Below, piece after piece: positions 18,826 through 26,537 of a stretch of 40,111 nucleotides of DNA. Position 1 is the stretch's first letter. Each line of letters begins with the position of its first letter. The stretch is from NCBI GenBank assembly GCA_021824155.1, contig JAKALN010000003.1, positions 1 to 40,111 of the forward strand. Direction: 5' to 3'. The translations under genes and the position numbers were made by a program. Origin of the DNA: a bacterium (GTDB lineage: Bacteria > Patescibacteriota > Microgenomatia > Levybacterales > UBA12049). The notes beneath the pieces were generated by a model, which made no database searches, was not told the origin of the DNA, and saw only the letters and a list, made by a program, of their open reading frames with translations.

Positions 18826-19935
18826 TTATCCCTGCACTCTGATTGGCATTATTAAATGAAGGAAGGAGTTGTCGCCCGATGCTTTAAACACTCCCGCACC
18901 CAAAGGACCTGACATTTCAAAAACAACGCTTTCTTCTTCCGTGTTTGCAAAAAAATCTAAAAGGTACCTCCCGTTAAACGCTATTTCATTTTCTTCTCCG
19001 GAGATTTTTGCCTCCACCTCAACCGTATCTTCACCAACGCTCGGACTGTTTGCCGAAACAACAACCTTATCTTTTTTTAAAGAAAACTTTACTATGTTTG
19101 CTGTTTCCCTGGCAAACACCGAACATATTTTTACAGCCCGTTGCATTTCGTCCCTATCAAATTCTGCTTTTGTGTCAAACCCTGAGGGAATTATTTTTTC
19201 ATAGTTTGGGTACTCTGCCTCTATCAACCTGCCAACCAGAACCGTCTCCCCCTGTGTAAAAATAGCCTGGTTGTTTTTACCGGAAACGTTTAGCACGATT
19301 TCCTCGTCTTGTTTTATGGAAATCAATTCCCTTATTGCCCTTGCCGACAAAAGAAGCTGCTCAGCACCTTCCCCTTTTTTTGTTTTTAACAAAACGTTGT
19401 TTTTTAAAGAAAGCCTGTATCCGTCTGTTGCTACAATCAAAAACCCTCCGCCTTCCTTCTTGATTAAAACCCCCGAAAGCGCCGGTCTTCCACTGTCTTG
19501 GCTTGCCGCAAAAACCACCCTGTTGAACTCCTTAACAAGTGTCTCTTTTTTTAGGGTTGCTATCTCTTCCCCTTTGTCCGTGTAAAGTTTTGGGAAATCC
19601 TCTGCCGGCATTGTCTGAAAAGTCATTCTTATTTTTTTGCCTTTTAATTCCAGGTTTTGTCCTTTTGTTTCAAGGGTTATTTTTTCTTCCGTTATGTTGT
19701 TTATCAGGTCAAAAAACGTTTTTGCCGGAACCGTTGTTTCCCCTTCTTCCTCAACGTTTGCGGGAATAGAAGAAGATATGCCTATCTCTAGATCTGTTGC
19801 GCTAATGGTAAGTTTTCCTTTTGATGCATTAAGAAGAAAATTGGAAAGAATCTCCAATTGACTGTTGCCGGAAACGGCATGGTTTAAGAAAGATATTTTT
19901 CCCCGCAAGTTTTCTGTTAAAAAAGAAACAATCAT
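18826..19935 (-). CDS. dnaN: DNA polymerase III beta sliding clamp
   Basis: ATDLEI, ATDGYRLS, RLIEAEYPNYEKIIP, IAFNGRYLLD, LIMPIR. Confidence 0.98.
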   Translation of the reverse strand: MIVSFLTENLRGKISFLNHAVSGNSQLEILSNFLLNASKGKLTISATDLEIGISSSIPANVEEEGETTVPAKTFFDLINNITEEKITLETKGQNLELKGKKIRMTFQTMPAEDFPKLYTDKGEEIATLKKETLVKEFNRVVFAASQDSGRPALSGVLIKKEGGGFLIVATDGYRLSLKNNVLLKTKKGEGAEQLLLSARAIRELISIKQDEEIVLNVSGKNNQAIFTQGETVLVGRLIEAEYPNYEKIIPSGFDTKAEFDRDEMQRAVKICSVFARETANIVKFSLKKDKVVVSANSPSVGEDTVEVEAKISGEENEIAFNGRYLLDFFANTEEESVVFEMSGPLGAGVFKASGDNSFLHLIMPIRVQG

Positions 19936-19939
19936 ATTA

Positions 19940-20157
19940 AATACTTTTGTTGTTGTTGTAGTTTATCTTGAAAAGTGGAAAAAAGCAAGGGAACATGGGC
20001 AAAAAAATGTTGATAAAAAGGGCAAATCTTTGTTGATAAAAAGGGCAAAAAACAAGTCTTTTAATATTCCGCAAGTTTTCCACCGTCAAAATTCTTTATC
20101 CCCAAAATTTCTTGAGAAAAACCGTTTGTTTCTACCATTTTTTCCACTTTTTCCACA
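19940..20157. promoter_or_regulatory. Putative oriC unwinding region between dnaA and dnaN
   Basis: DnaA-box-like TGTTGATAA at 20008 and 20031, AGTGGAAAA at 19974, TTATCCCCA at 20096 and TTTTCCACA at 20149. Trinucleotide run (TTG)4TAG at ~19947-19961. Confidence 0.7.
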
Positions 20158-21410
20158 CCATACATTACCGTTGTGTGGTCTCTTCCGCCCAAAATATTTC
20201 CAATTTCAACATAGGTTAAGTCCAGGTCTTTTTTTAAAACATACATAGCGACCTGTCTTGCCCTAACTAAAGAAGCGTCTCTTTTTGAGCTTTTTATTTG
20301 GGTTGGCTTAATCTTGTAGTATGCGCAAATGTTGTTAATTATGTCGTCGGGGTGGAAAGGCTTTTTTACTTCTGTGCCATTGTCTAAAACACTTAAAACA
20401 AGGGCGCTGTCCATAGAAACCCCTTTTGCCTCCGCCTCTGTCATGACCCTAAGCAGCGCGCCTTCAAGGCTTCTTGCATCCTGCTCTTTTTCGGCAATCG
20501 TTTTTGCAACATCAATTGACAAATCAAAGCCGTATTTCTTAGCCTTTATAAGGGTGATGGCCGTTCTTAATTCAAAATCAGGAGTATCGATGTCGACCGT
20601 AAGCCCCCCGGAAAATCTGGATAAAAGCCTTTTTTCAACTTTTTTTATTTCGGACGGTGGTCTGTCGGAAGAAAGCACAATTTGCGAGCCGTTATCAACA
20701 AGAATATTAAACGTGTGAAAAAGTTCTTCCTGAACCTTTTCCTTTCCCGCTACAAACTGTATATCATCTATTATTAATACTCCGGCGTTTCGAAACCTTT
20801 TTTTCATCTGCGCGGTGCTGTTTGTCCGTATGGCGTCTACAACCTCGTTTGTAAACTCCTCGCTGGTTGTATAAATTATTTTTTTACTTGAGTCTTTTTG
20901 GTAAATTTCGTTTGCTATGGCCTGCATGAGATGGGTTTTCCCAACTCCGGTTGGCCCATAAATAAAAAGAGGGTTATAAGCGGTTCCGGGTTTTTTTGCA
21001 ACCGTTGTTGCGCTTACATACGCCAACTGATTACTGGATGAAACGGCAAGGTTTCCAAAGGTGTAATCCGGTCTGACTCTTGGGAGGTGACCAACGTAGC
21101 TTTCAGTTTTTTCTTCATGTTCAAAAAGAGGGCCCGCGTCTTTTGTTTTGTCTTCGGCTATGGTGGTTTTTGGGACAAACACAATTTTTGACTCCTCCCC
21201 TATGTTTTTATCTACAGATTTTTTTATAACGTCATAAAACCTTCTTTGTAAAAGGTCTATTATCATTACAGAAGGAGCGGCGATTGTTAGAACTCCGTCT
21301 TGGCAGGATAAAAGCGTTGTTCTTTTGAAAAGAGTTAGATAATTTGCCTTTGAGACTTCGAGTTCTATTTCTCCTAAGATTTTCTCCCAAAGTTCTTTAT
21401 TTTCGTCCAT
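20061..21410 (-). CDS. dnaA: Chromosomal replication initiator DnaA
   Basis: YNPLFIYGPTGVGKTHL, LIIDDIQF, QEELFHTFN, GGRDHTTV. Confidence 0.99.
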   Translation of the reverse strand: MDENKELWEKILGEIELEVSKANYLTLFKRTTLLSCQDGVLTIAAPSVMIIDLLQRRFYDVIKKSVDKNIGEESKIVFVPKTTIAEDKTKDAGPLFEHEEKTESYVGHLPRVRPDYTFGNLAVSSSNQLAYVSATTVAKKPGTAYNPLFIYGPTGVGKTHLMQAIANEIYQKDSSKKIIYTTSEEFTNEVVDAIRTNSTAQMKKRFRNAGVLIIDDIQFVAGKEKVQEELFHTFNILVDNGSQIVLSSDRPPSEIKKVEKRLLSRFSGGLTVDIDTPDFELRTAITLIKAKKYGFDLSIDVAKTIAEKEQDARSLEGALLRVMTEAEAKGVSMDSALVLSVLDNGTEVKKPFHPDDIINNICAYYKIKPTQIKSSKRDASLVRARQVAMYVLKKDLDLTYVEIGNILGGRDHTTVMYGVEKVEKMVETNGFSQEILGIKNFDGGKLAEY

Positions 21411-21423
21411 ATCGGTAAAGTGC

Positions 21424-21453
21424 AGTTTAATAATGTGGATAACTTCTTGTCAA
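21424..21453 (-). promoter_or_regulatory. dnaA promoter with a perfect DnaA box in its spacer
   Basis: Minus strand TTGACA (21453-21448), 18 nt, TAAACT (21429-21424). TTATCCACA at 21442-21434 is consistent with autoregulation. Confidence 0.7.
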
Positions 21454-21540
21454 GATGAGAAAATAGATAAAACTATGTCTCTTTTTTTTTGGCAAGGCTA
21501 GCTCTTTTAAAAGCATTTTTATTTTGCTATACTTAAAAGA

Positions 21541-21675
21541 ATGGAAAAACTCAGAAAGCTTAAAAAGCTAAAAAGAAAAAGAAAGCACGGATTTTTGTCC
21601 AGGAAAAAAACAAACGGAGGGAAAAAAGTTCTTAAAAAAAGAATTGCAAAAAAAAGGAAAAAATTAACAGTTTAG
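21541..21675 (+). CDS. rpmH: 50S ribosomal protein L34
   Basis: Manual translation MEKLRKLKKLKRKRKHGFLSRKKTNGGKKVLKKRIAKKRKKLTV (44 aa). Canonical position divergent from dnaA and before rnpA; TGcTATACT lies 7 nt upstream. Confidence 0.92.
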   Translation: MEKLRKLKKLKRKRKHGFLSRKKTNGGKKVLKKRIAKKRKKLTV

Positions 21676-21678
21676 TTA

Positions 21679-22023
21679 ATGCTTAGTAAAAAATACCGTC
21701 TGCTTGAGGGAACAAGACTTAACGAGTCAATAACTACCCCATTTTTTGTTATAAAAACCGCAAAAAATGAGAAAGCGTATAGTAGGTTCGGTTTTACGGT
21801 TTCTAAAAAAATAGACAAAAGAGCGGTTGTGCGAAACAGGATTAAAAGACAAGTGCGCAGCTGTGTAGAACAAAATCTGGAAAAAATAAAACCGGGCAGA
21901 GACATTCTCTTTATAATAAAGAAAGGGGCGGTAGGAAAAGAAACGGGAACACTTTGTCAGACGGTTTTAAAAGAATTTGAAAAAAACAAATTTCTAAATA
22001 ACGCTCTTAAGAAAGAAACATAA
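21679..22023 (+). CDS. rnpA: Ribonuclease P protein component
   Basis: RFGFTVSKKIDKRAVVRNRIKR motif. Confidence 0.95.
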   Translation: MLSKKYRLLEGTRLNESITTPFFVIKTAKNEKAYSRFGFTVSKKIDKRAVVRNRIKRQVRSCVEQNLEKIKPGRDILFIIKKGAVGKETGTLCQTVLKEFEKNKFLNNALKKET

Positions 22024-22053
22024 GATAATCTAAGCAAACCAAAGGTTGGAGTT

Positions 22054-22272
22054 ATGAAAAAATTTATTTTAACAACAATAGATATTTATCAAAAAATAAT
22101 TGCGGTTGTTTTATTTAACTTAGGGTTAAAGGGAGATTGCAGGTTTTCCCCTACATGTTCTGAATACGCAAAAATTTCAATAAAAGAGAAAGGGGTTATA
22201 AAAGGCACACAGCTTGCGATTACCCGTCTTTTAAAATGTCAGCCTTTTTATAATAGTAAACAATATGTTTAA
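22054..22272 (+). CDS. yidD: Membrane protein insertion efficiency factor
   Basis: CRFSPTCSEYA...RLLKCQPF. Confidence 0.93.
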   Translation: MKKFILTTIDIYQKIIAVVLFNLGLKGDCRFSPTCSEYAKISIKEKGVIKGTQLAITRLLKCQPFYNSKQYV

Positions 22273-23098
22273 TCTTGTCGGAGACGTTTTTCATTCCCTG
22301 TTGTTTGTGCCAATGATAAATATCTTGGTTGCGGTTTATAAAGCTCTAATTTTTGTTCATCTTCCCTTTGCTCTCGGTTTTTCAATAATTATTTTAACAA
22401 TTATTATTCGTTTCATCCTTTATCCCCTGACAGCTTCTCAGCTTAAGGCCTCAAAAAAAATGCAGGAATTAAATCCACACCTGGCAAGGCTTAAGGCAAA
22501 GCATAAAAACGACGCAAAAACCTTGCAGCAGGAAACAATGAAGTTATATAAAGAACATGGTGTAAATCCTGCAGCCGGGTGCCTTCCTGTAATCGTTCAG
22601 CTTCCGATAATCTGGGCCTTGTATGCTACTCTTCAGCAGATAGTGCACATGACACCTGTTGCGGTAAATAAAATAGTTTATTCCGATTTTTTGAAAATAA
22701 GCAAACAATGGGATCCTAATTTCTTTGGCGTCTCCCTTGCAAGTAACCCTTCCCATCTTATAAGTACTGTTGGACCAATCATTTTGGTAGTCCCTCTTTT
22801 AACGGCACTTCTCCAGTTTATCCAGTCAAAAATGCTTTTTGCAAAGCCTCCTCAGCCGGAAGAATTAGTTAAAGATATAGAAAAAAAGAAAAATGAAGAT
22901 TTTGCCACCGCTTTTCAGTCGCAATCCTTGTACATATTTCCGCTTATGATAGGATTTTTCTCTTACACTTTCCCGATAGGACTATCTTTATACTGGAATA
23001 CGTTTACGATTTTTGGTATTATACAGCAATACAAAATTTCAGGCTTAGGCGGACTTGAAGAATGGATAAATAAAATCTATGGCAAAAAAGGAAAATAA
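22265..23098 (+). CDS. yidC: Membrane protein insertase YidC (short form, no large periplasmic domain)
   Basis: IILTIIIRFILYPL, KLYKEHGVNPAAGCLPVIVQLPI, GLSLYW. Confidence 0.95.
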   Translation: MFNLVGDVFHSLLFVPMINILVAVYKALIFVHLPFALGFSIIILTIIIRFILYPLTASQLKASKKMQELNPHLARLKAKHKNDAKTLQQETMKLYKEHGVNPAAGCLPVIVQLPIIWALYATLQQIVHMTPVAVNKIVYSDFLKISKQWDPNFFGVSLASNPSHLISTVGPIILVVPLLTALLQFIQSKMLFAKPPQPEELVKDIEKKKNEDFATAFQSQSLYIFPLMIGFFSYTFPIGLSLYWNTFTIFGIIQQYKISGLGGLEEWINKIYGKKGK

Positions 23099-23534
23099 AA
23101 AAATAAAAGATACAGCGGAAAAACTTTTTAAACTTCTTGAAATTGAAGGGGGATTCGAGATTTCCGAAACCGAAGAAGCAATTGAAATAAACCTCGACAC
23201 CCAAGACAGCGGAATTGTAATTGGGTACCACGGTGATACCCTGGAGTCTTTGCAGCTTGTTCTTTCATTATGTTTTGCCAAACAAACAGGAGAATTTAAA
23301 AGAGTGTCTATAGAGGTTGGAGAGTATAAGAAAAAAAGAGAGGAATGGTTAAAAACACTTGCTTTGGAAACAAAAGAAAAAGTGCTTTCCCAAAATAAAG
23401 AAGTATACCTTTCCGATTTAAAATCCTGGGAAAGAAGGGTTGTTCATCTGCTTTTACAAGATGATCAGGAAGTTGTTTCAGAATCTATTGGAGAAGGTAA
23501 GGATAGGGTTTTGGTTGTTAAACCAAAAAACTAA
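23079..23534 (+). CDS. jag: Jag/KhpB RNA-binding protein (KH plus R3H, no Jag_N domain)
   Basis: GIVIGYHGDTLESLQ (KH); ERRVVHLLL...SESIGEGKDR (R3H). Confidence 0.9.
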   Translation: MAKKENKKIKDTAEKLFKLLEIEGGFEISETEEAIEINLDTQDSGIVIGYHGDTLESLQLVLSLCFAKQTGEFKRVSIEVGEYKKKREEWLKTLALETKEKVLSQNKEVYLSDLKSWERRVVHLLLQDDQEVVSESIGEGKDRVLVVKPKN

Positions 23535-24840
23535 ATATTCCCACGTCTTTTTTTATTTTCTCCTTATTTTTTTGCCGACCCAATTTGGCAGACATTTTTG
23601 GCCCGATTTTTCTTATATTTACGGAATAAGGGTAGATTATTTATCCCCCACTTTTTATTTTACCGATTTACTAATTGTTCTATTGCTGACGTCATGGATT
23701 CTTGAAAATATTAATTGGTCTCATCGGATAAAAATAAGCAAAAAAACATTTATTAAAATGGCTGCGTTTTTGTTAGTCGTGCTTTTTTTGATTTTAGGAA
23801 TTATAATCTCCGAAAGTCCTCCAGCCGGATGGTACGGGTTAATAAAGTTTTTTGAATTTTCTTTTTTGATTTCCTATACCGCGAAAAATTTTAGAAAGCT
23901 AAACAAAAAGCTAATTTATTCGAGTTTTTTTATAGGAGTTTTTTTTGAATCATTATTAACAATCTTTCAATACATAAATCAGGGTTCAGTAGGCGGAGTC
24001 ATGTATTTTTTGGGAGAAAGAAGTTTTAATCCCGAAACACCCGGCATTGCAAACGCCTCTATTAACGGACAGTTATTCCTGCGGCCATATGGAACCTTCT
24101 CACACCCCAATGTTTTAGCAGCCTATTTATTTATTTCCATGTATCTAATTTTACTTTTATCCACACGGCTTAACTTTAAGTATAAAAAACTCTTTACATA
24201 TTTCATTTTGTTTTTAGGAACAGTGTCAATTTTTCTGTCATTTTCAAGAACTGCGATTTTTATTTGGACATTTTCTTTATGTATGTTTTTTATACCAATA
24301 TTTTGGAAAAAAACTGGAATAGATTTTGTAAAGAAATTTAAATTTAAAGCTGCAGAGAGCTTAGCGGCATTTGCTTTTATTTTAGTTATTGTTATTGTTG
24401 CGTTTTATTCTCCTATACCGGGACGTTTTTCAAATATCTCCCTTTCCGATGAAAGCATAGTACAAAGGGAGCAGCTTATGAAAGATGCCGTGGTTATTTT
24501 TAATAAAAATTTTTTTTGGGGGACCGGCTTAAATAATTTTTTAATAAACCTTCCGCCGGCTGAAAAAAATTTGCACCAGCCTTTTTATCTTCAGCCGGTT
24601 CATAATATTTTTTTTCTGGTCATTGCGGAAACCGGAATTCCCGGATTCACATTGTTTTTAATTTTATTAACGGCCATTTTTATAAGAATTAAAAGCAACA
24701 GGGAGGCCTTGATTTTATTCTTAGGAGTAATTTTTCTTGGTTTGTTTGACCATTATTTTCTTACTCTTCAGCAGGGACAAATTTTGTTTTCCCTGTTAAT
24801 AGGGATTGCACTTTCTTTCCCAAAAAACGCACAAAGGTGA
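23515..24840 (+). CDS. O-antigen ligase (Wzy_C) family membrane protein
   Basis: RPYGTFSHPNVLAAYL, SFSRTA, GTGLNNF, PVHNIFFLVIAETGIPG. Start uncertain (TTG 23515 or ATG 23461). Confidence 0.88.
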   Translation: MLNQKTKYSHVFFYFLLIFLPTQFGRHFWPDFSYIYGIRVDYLSPTFYFTDLLIVLLLTSWILENINWSHRIKISKKTFIKMAAFLLVVLFLILGIIISESPPAGWYGLIKFFEFSFLISYTAKNFRKLNKKLIYSSFFIGVFFESLLTIFQYINQGSVGGVMYFLGERSFNPETPGIANASINGQLFLRPYGTFSHPNVLAAYLFISMYLILLLSTRLNFKYKKLFTYFILFLGTVSIFLSFSRTAIFIWTFSLCMFFIPIFWKKTGIDFVKKFKFKAAESLAAFAFILVIVIVAFYSPIPGRFSNISLSDESIVQREQLMKDAVVIFNKNFFWGTGLNNFLINLPPAEKNLHQPFYLQPVHNIFFLVIAETGIPGFTLFLILLTAIFIRIKSNREALILFLGVIFLGLFDHYFLTLQQGQILFSLLIGIALSFPKNAQR

Positions 24841-24853
24841 TAATATAATTTAT

Positions 24854-26104
24854 ATGTTCCATTTTACCGTAGCAAAAAACACCATATATCAAATTCTTGC
24901 CAAGGCGACCACCTCTTTTGTAGGATTTTTAATCACAATAATTATTGCAAGGGAATTTGGAGTTGTCGGTTACGGCGATTTCACGAAAATAACGGCCTTT
25001 ATTGCCCTGTTTTATCTTTTTGTTGATTTTGGTCTAAATGCGGTATATCTGCAGCAAGAAGAAGGGGAGGATAAAAACGCAAATAAATTTTTCTATCTTA
25101 GAATAGGGTTTACTTTTTTTATTTTCGCCGTATCAAATATAGTCGCTTTTTTTCTTCCGTTTAATAAAGCGTTAGATTTAGGCTTTTCTCCCTTTATCCG
25201 GCTTGGAATATTTATTTATTCTTTTTCGCTTTTTAGCCAGGCTGTTTTGACTTCTGCTTCTGCGTTTTTCCAAAAAAAATTAAATTACTTTCCTTATTTT
25301 ATTTCTGTTTTTATCGGCTCTTTAATAAACTTAGGAGTAGTTTTTATTTTTACATATTTAGGCTTTTCAATTCTTTATATTGTTTTTTCTTTTGTCATAA
25401 GCGGTTTTATAACAGGGTTAACTTCACTTTATTATATAAGAGATAAAATTTTTCCCGTATCTTTTGATTATGCCCTTTCCAAAAAACTTCTTGTAAACGC
25501 TTTTCCTATAGGCATAATGCTTGTTTTTAACCTTATTTATTTTAGGGCGGATATGTTTTTGCTTTCACTTCTAAAACCGGCAAGGGACGTTGGAATATAC
25601 GGTTTATCTTATAAATTCTTTGATTTTCTTCTTGCGCTTCCGCTTTTTTTGTCTAACGCCCTGTATCCGTTTCTTCTTGCGAATAAGAACAGTCCGCAAA
25701 AGTTTTTTAGAATAGTAAAGCGCTATCTGGTTGTATTTTTATTTTTTTCATTTGCGGTTGTGGTCCCTTTTTGGTTTTTATCGCCATTTTTGACTTTAAT
25801 AAAATCGGATTATTTCCCCGCAATCGTCCCCTTTAGAATACTTCTTGTTTCGATACCCTTTTTCTTTTTAACAAGTTTTCTTCAGTGGATTCTTATTAGT
25901 CTTAAGAAACAAAGATTTTTGGCATTTATATATGCGGTATCTACGGTTATAAATATTGTTTTAAATTTAATTTTAATTCCTCAGTTTTCATATATTGCTT
26001 CGGCCGCAATAACCGGAATTTCCGAAGTTTTCATTTTTGCACTATTGGCGTTTAAGGTCTATTCTGTTAAAATTTTCCTATTAAAAAAGGAACGAAATGA
26101 ATAA
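24854..26104 (+). CDS. Wzx-type oligosaccharide flippase
   Basis: About 12 TM; VAKNTIYQI...DFGLN...IYFRADMFLL...VGIYGLSYK...LNLILIPQFSYIASA. Start at ATG 24854. Confidence 0.88.
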   Translation: MFHFTVAKNTIYQILAKATTSFVGFLITIIIAREFGVVGYGDFTKITAFIALFYLFVDFGLNAVYLQQEEGEDKNANKFFYLRIGFTFFIFAVSNIVAFFLPFNKALDLGFSPFIRLGIFIYSFSLFSQAVLTSASAFFQKKLNYFPYFISVFIGSLINLGVVFIFTYLGFSILYIVFSFVISGFITGLTSLYYIRDKIFPVSFDYALSKKLLVNAFPIGIMLVFNLIYFRADMFLLSLLKPARDVGIYGLSYKFFDFLLALPLFLSNALYPFLLANKNSPQKFFRIVKRYLVVFLFFSFAVVVPFWFLSPFLTLIKSDYFPAIVPFRILLVSIPFFFLTSFLQWILISLKKQRFLAFIYAVSTVINIVLNLILIPQFSYIASAAITGISEVFIFALLAFKVYSVKIFLLKKERNE

Positions 26105-26519
26105 CGTTTATATATATACAGACGGTGGGGCAAGGGGCAATCCCGGTCCGGCGGCCCTTGGAGTTTATATAACCAATGATAAAGGAACCAAGCTTGCCTC
26201 AATGGGTAAAAGAATTGGTGATGCGACAAACAATGTAGCAGAGTACAGGGCAGTAATAGAAGCTCTTTCTTGGCTGATTGAAAATAAAGAAAATATAGAA
26301 AAAGACACAAAGGTCACTTTTTATCTGGACTCACAGTTGGTTTATTCTCAAATAAAAGGATTGTTTAAGGTTAAATCGGAAAGTATCAGGGAATTGGTTT
26401 ATACGGTTAGAAAAAAACTTGAAGCAATAGAATACGCAGTTGAATGGAACCATATCCCCAGGGAAAAAAATAAAAAAGCAGACGAACTTGTAAACTTAGC
26501 CCTAGACAACCTTATCTAG
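26097..26519 (+). CDS. Ribonuclease HI family protein
   Basis: YTDGGARGNPGPAA, TNNVAEY, LDSQLV, HIPREKNKKADELVN. Confidence 0.93.
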   Translation: MNNVYIYTDGGARGNPGPAALGVYITNDKGTKLASMGKRIGDATNNVAEYRAVIEALSWLIENKENIEKDTKVTFYLDSQLVYSQIKGLFKVKSESIRELVYTVRKKLEAIEYAVEWNHIPREKNKKADELVNLALDNLI

Positions 26520-26537
26520 AATTCCTACAATTAGTTT

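Noticed and set aside
19865..20248. 127-aa ORF spanning the dnaN-dnaA spacer
   Set aside because: It is antisense to both genes and covers oriC-like repeats.
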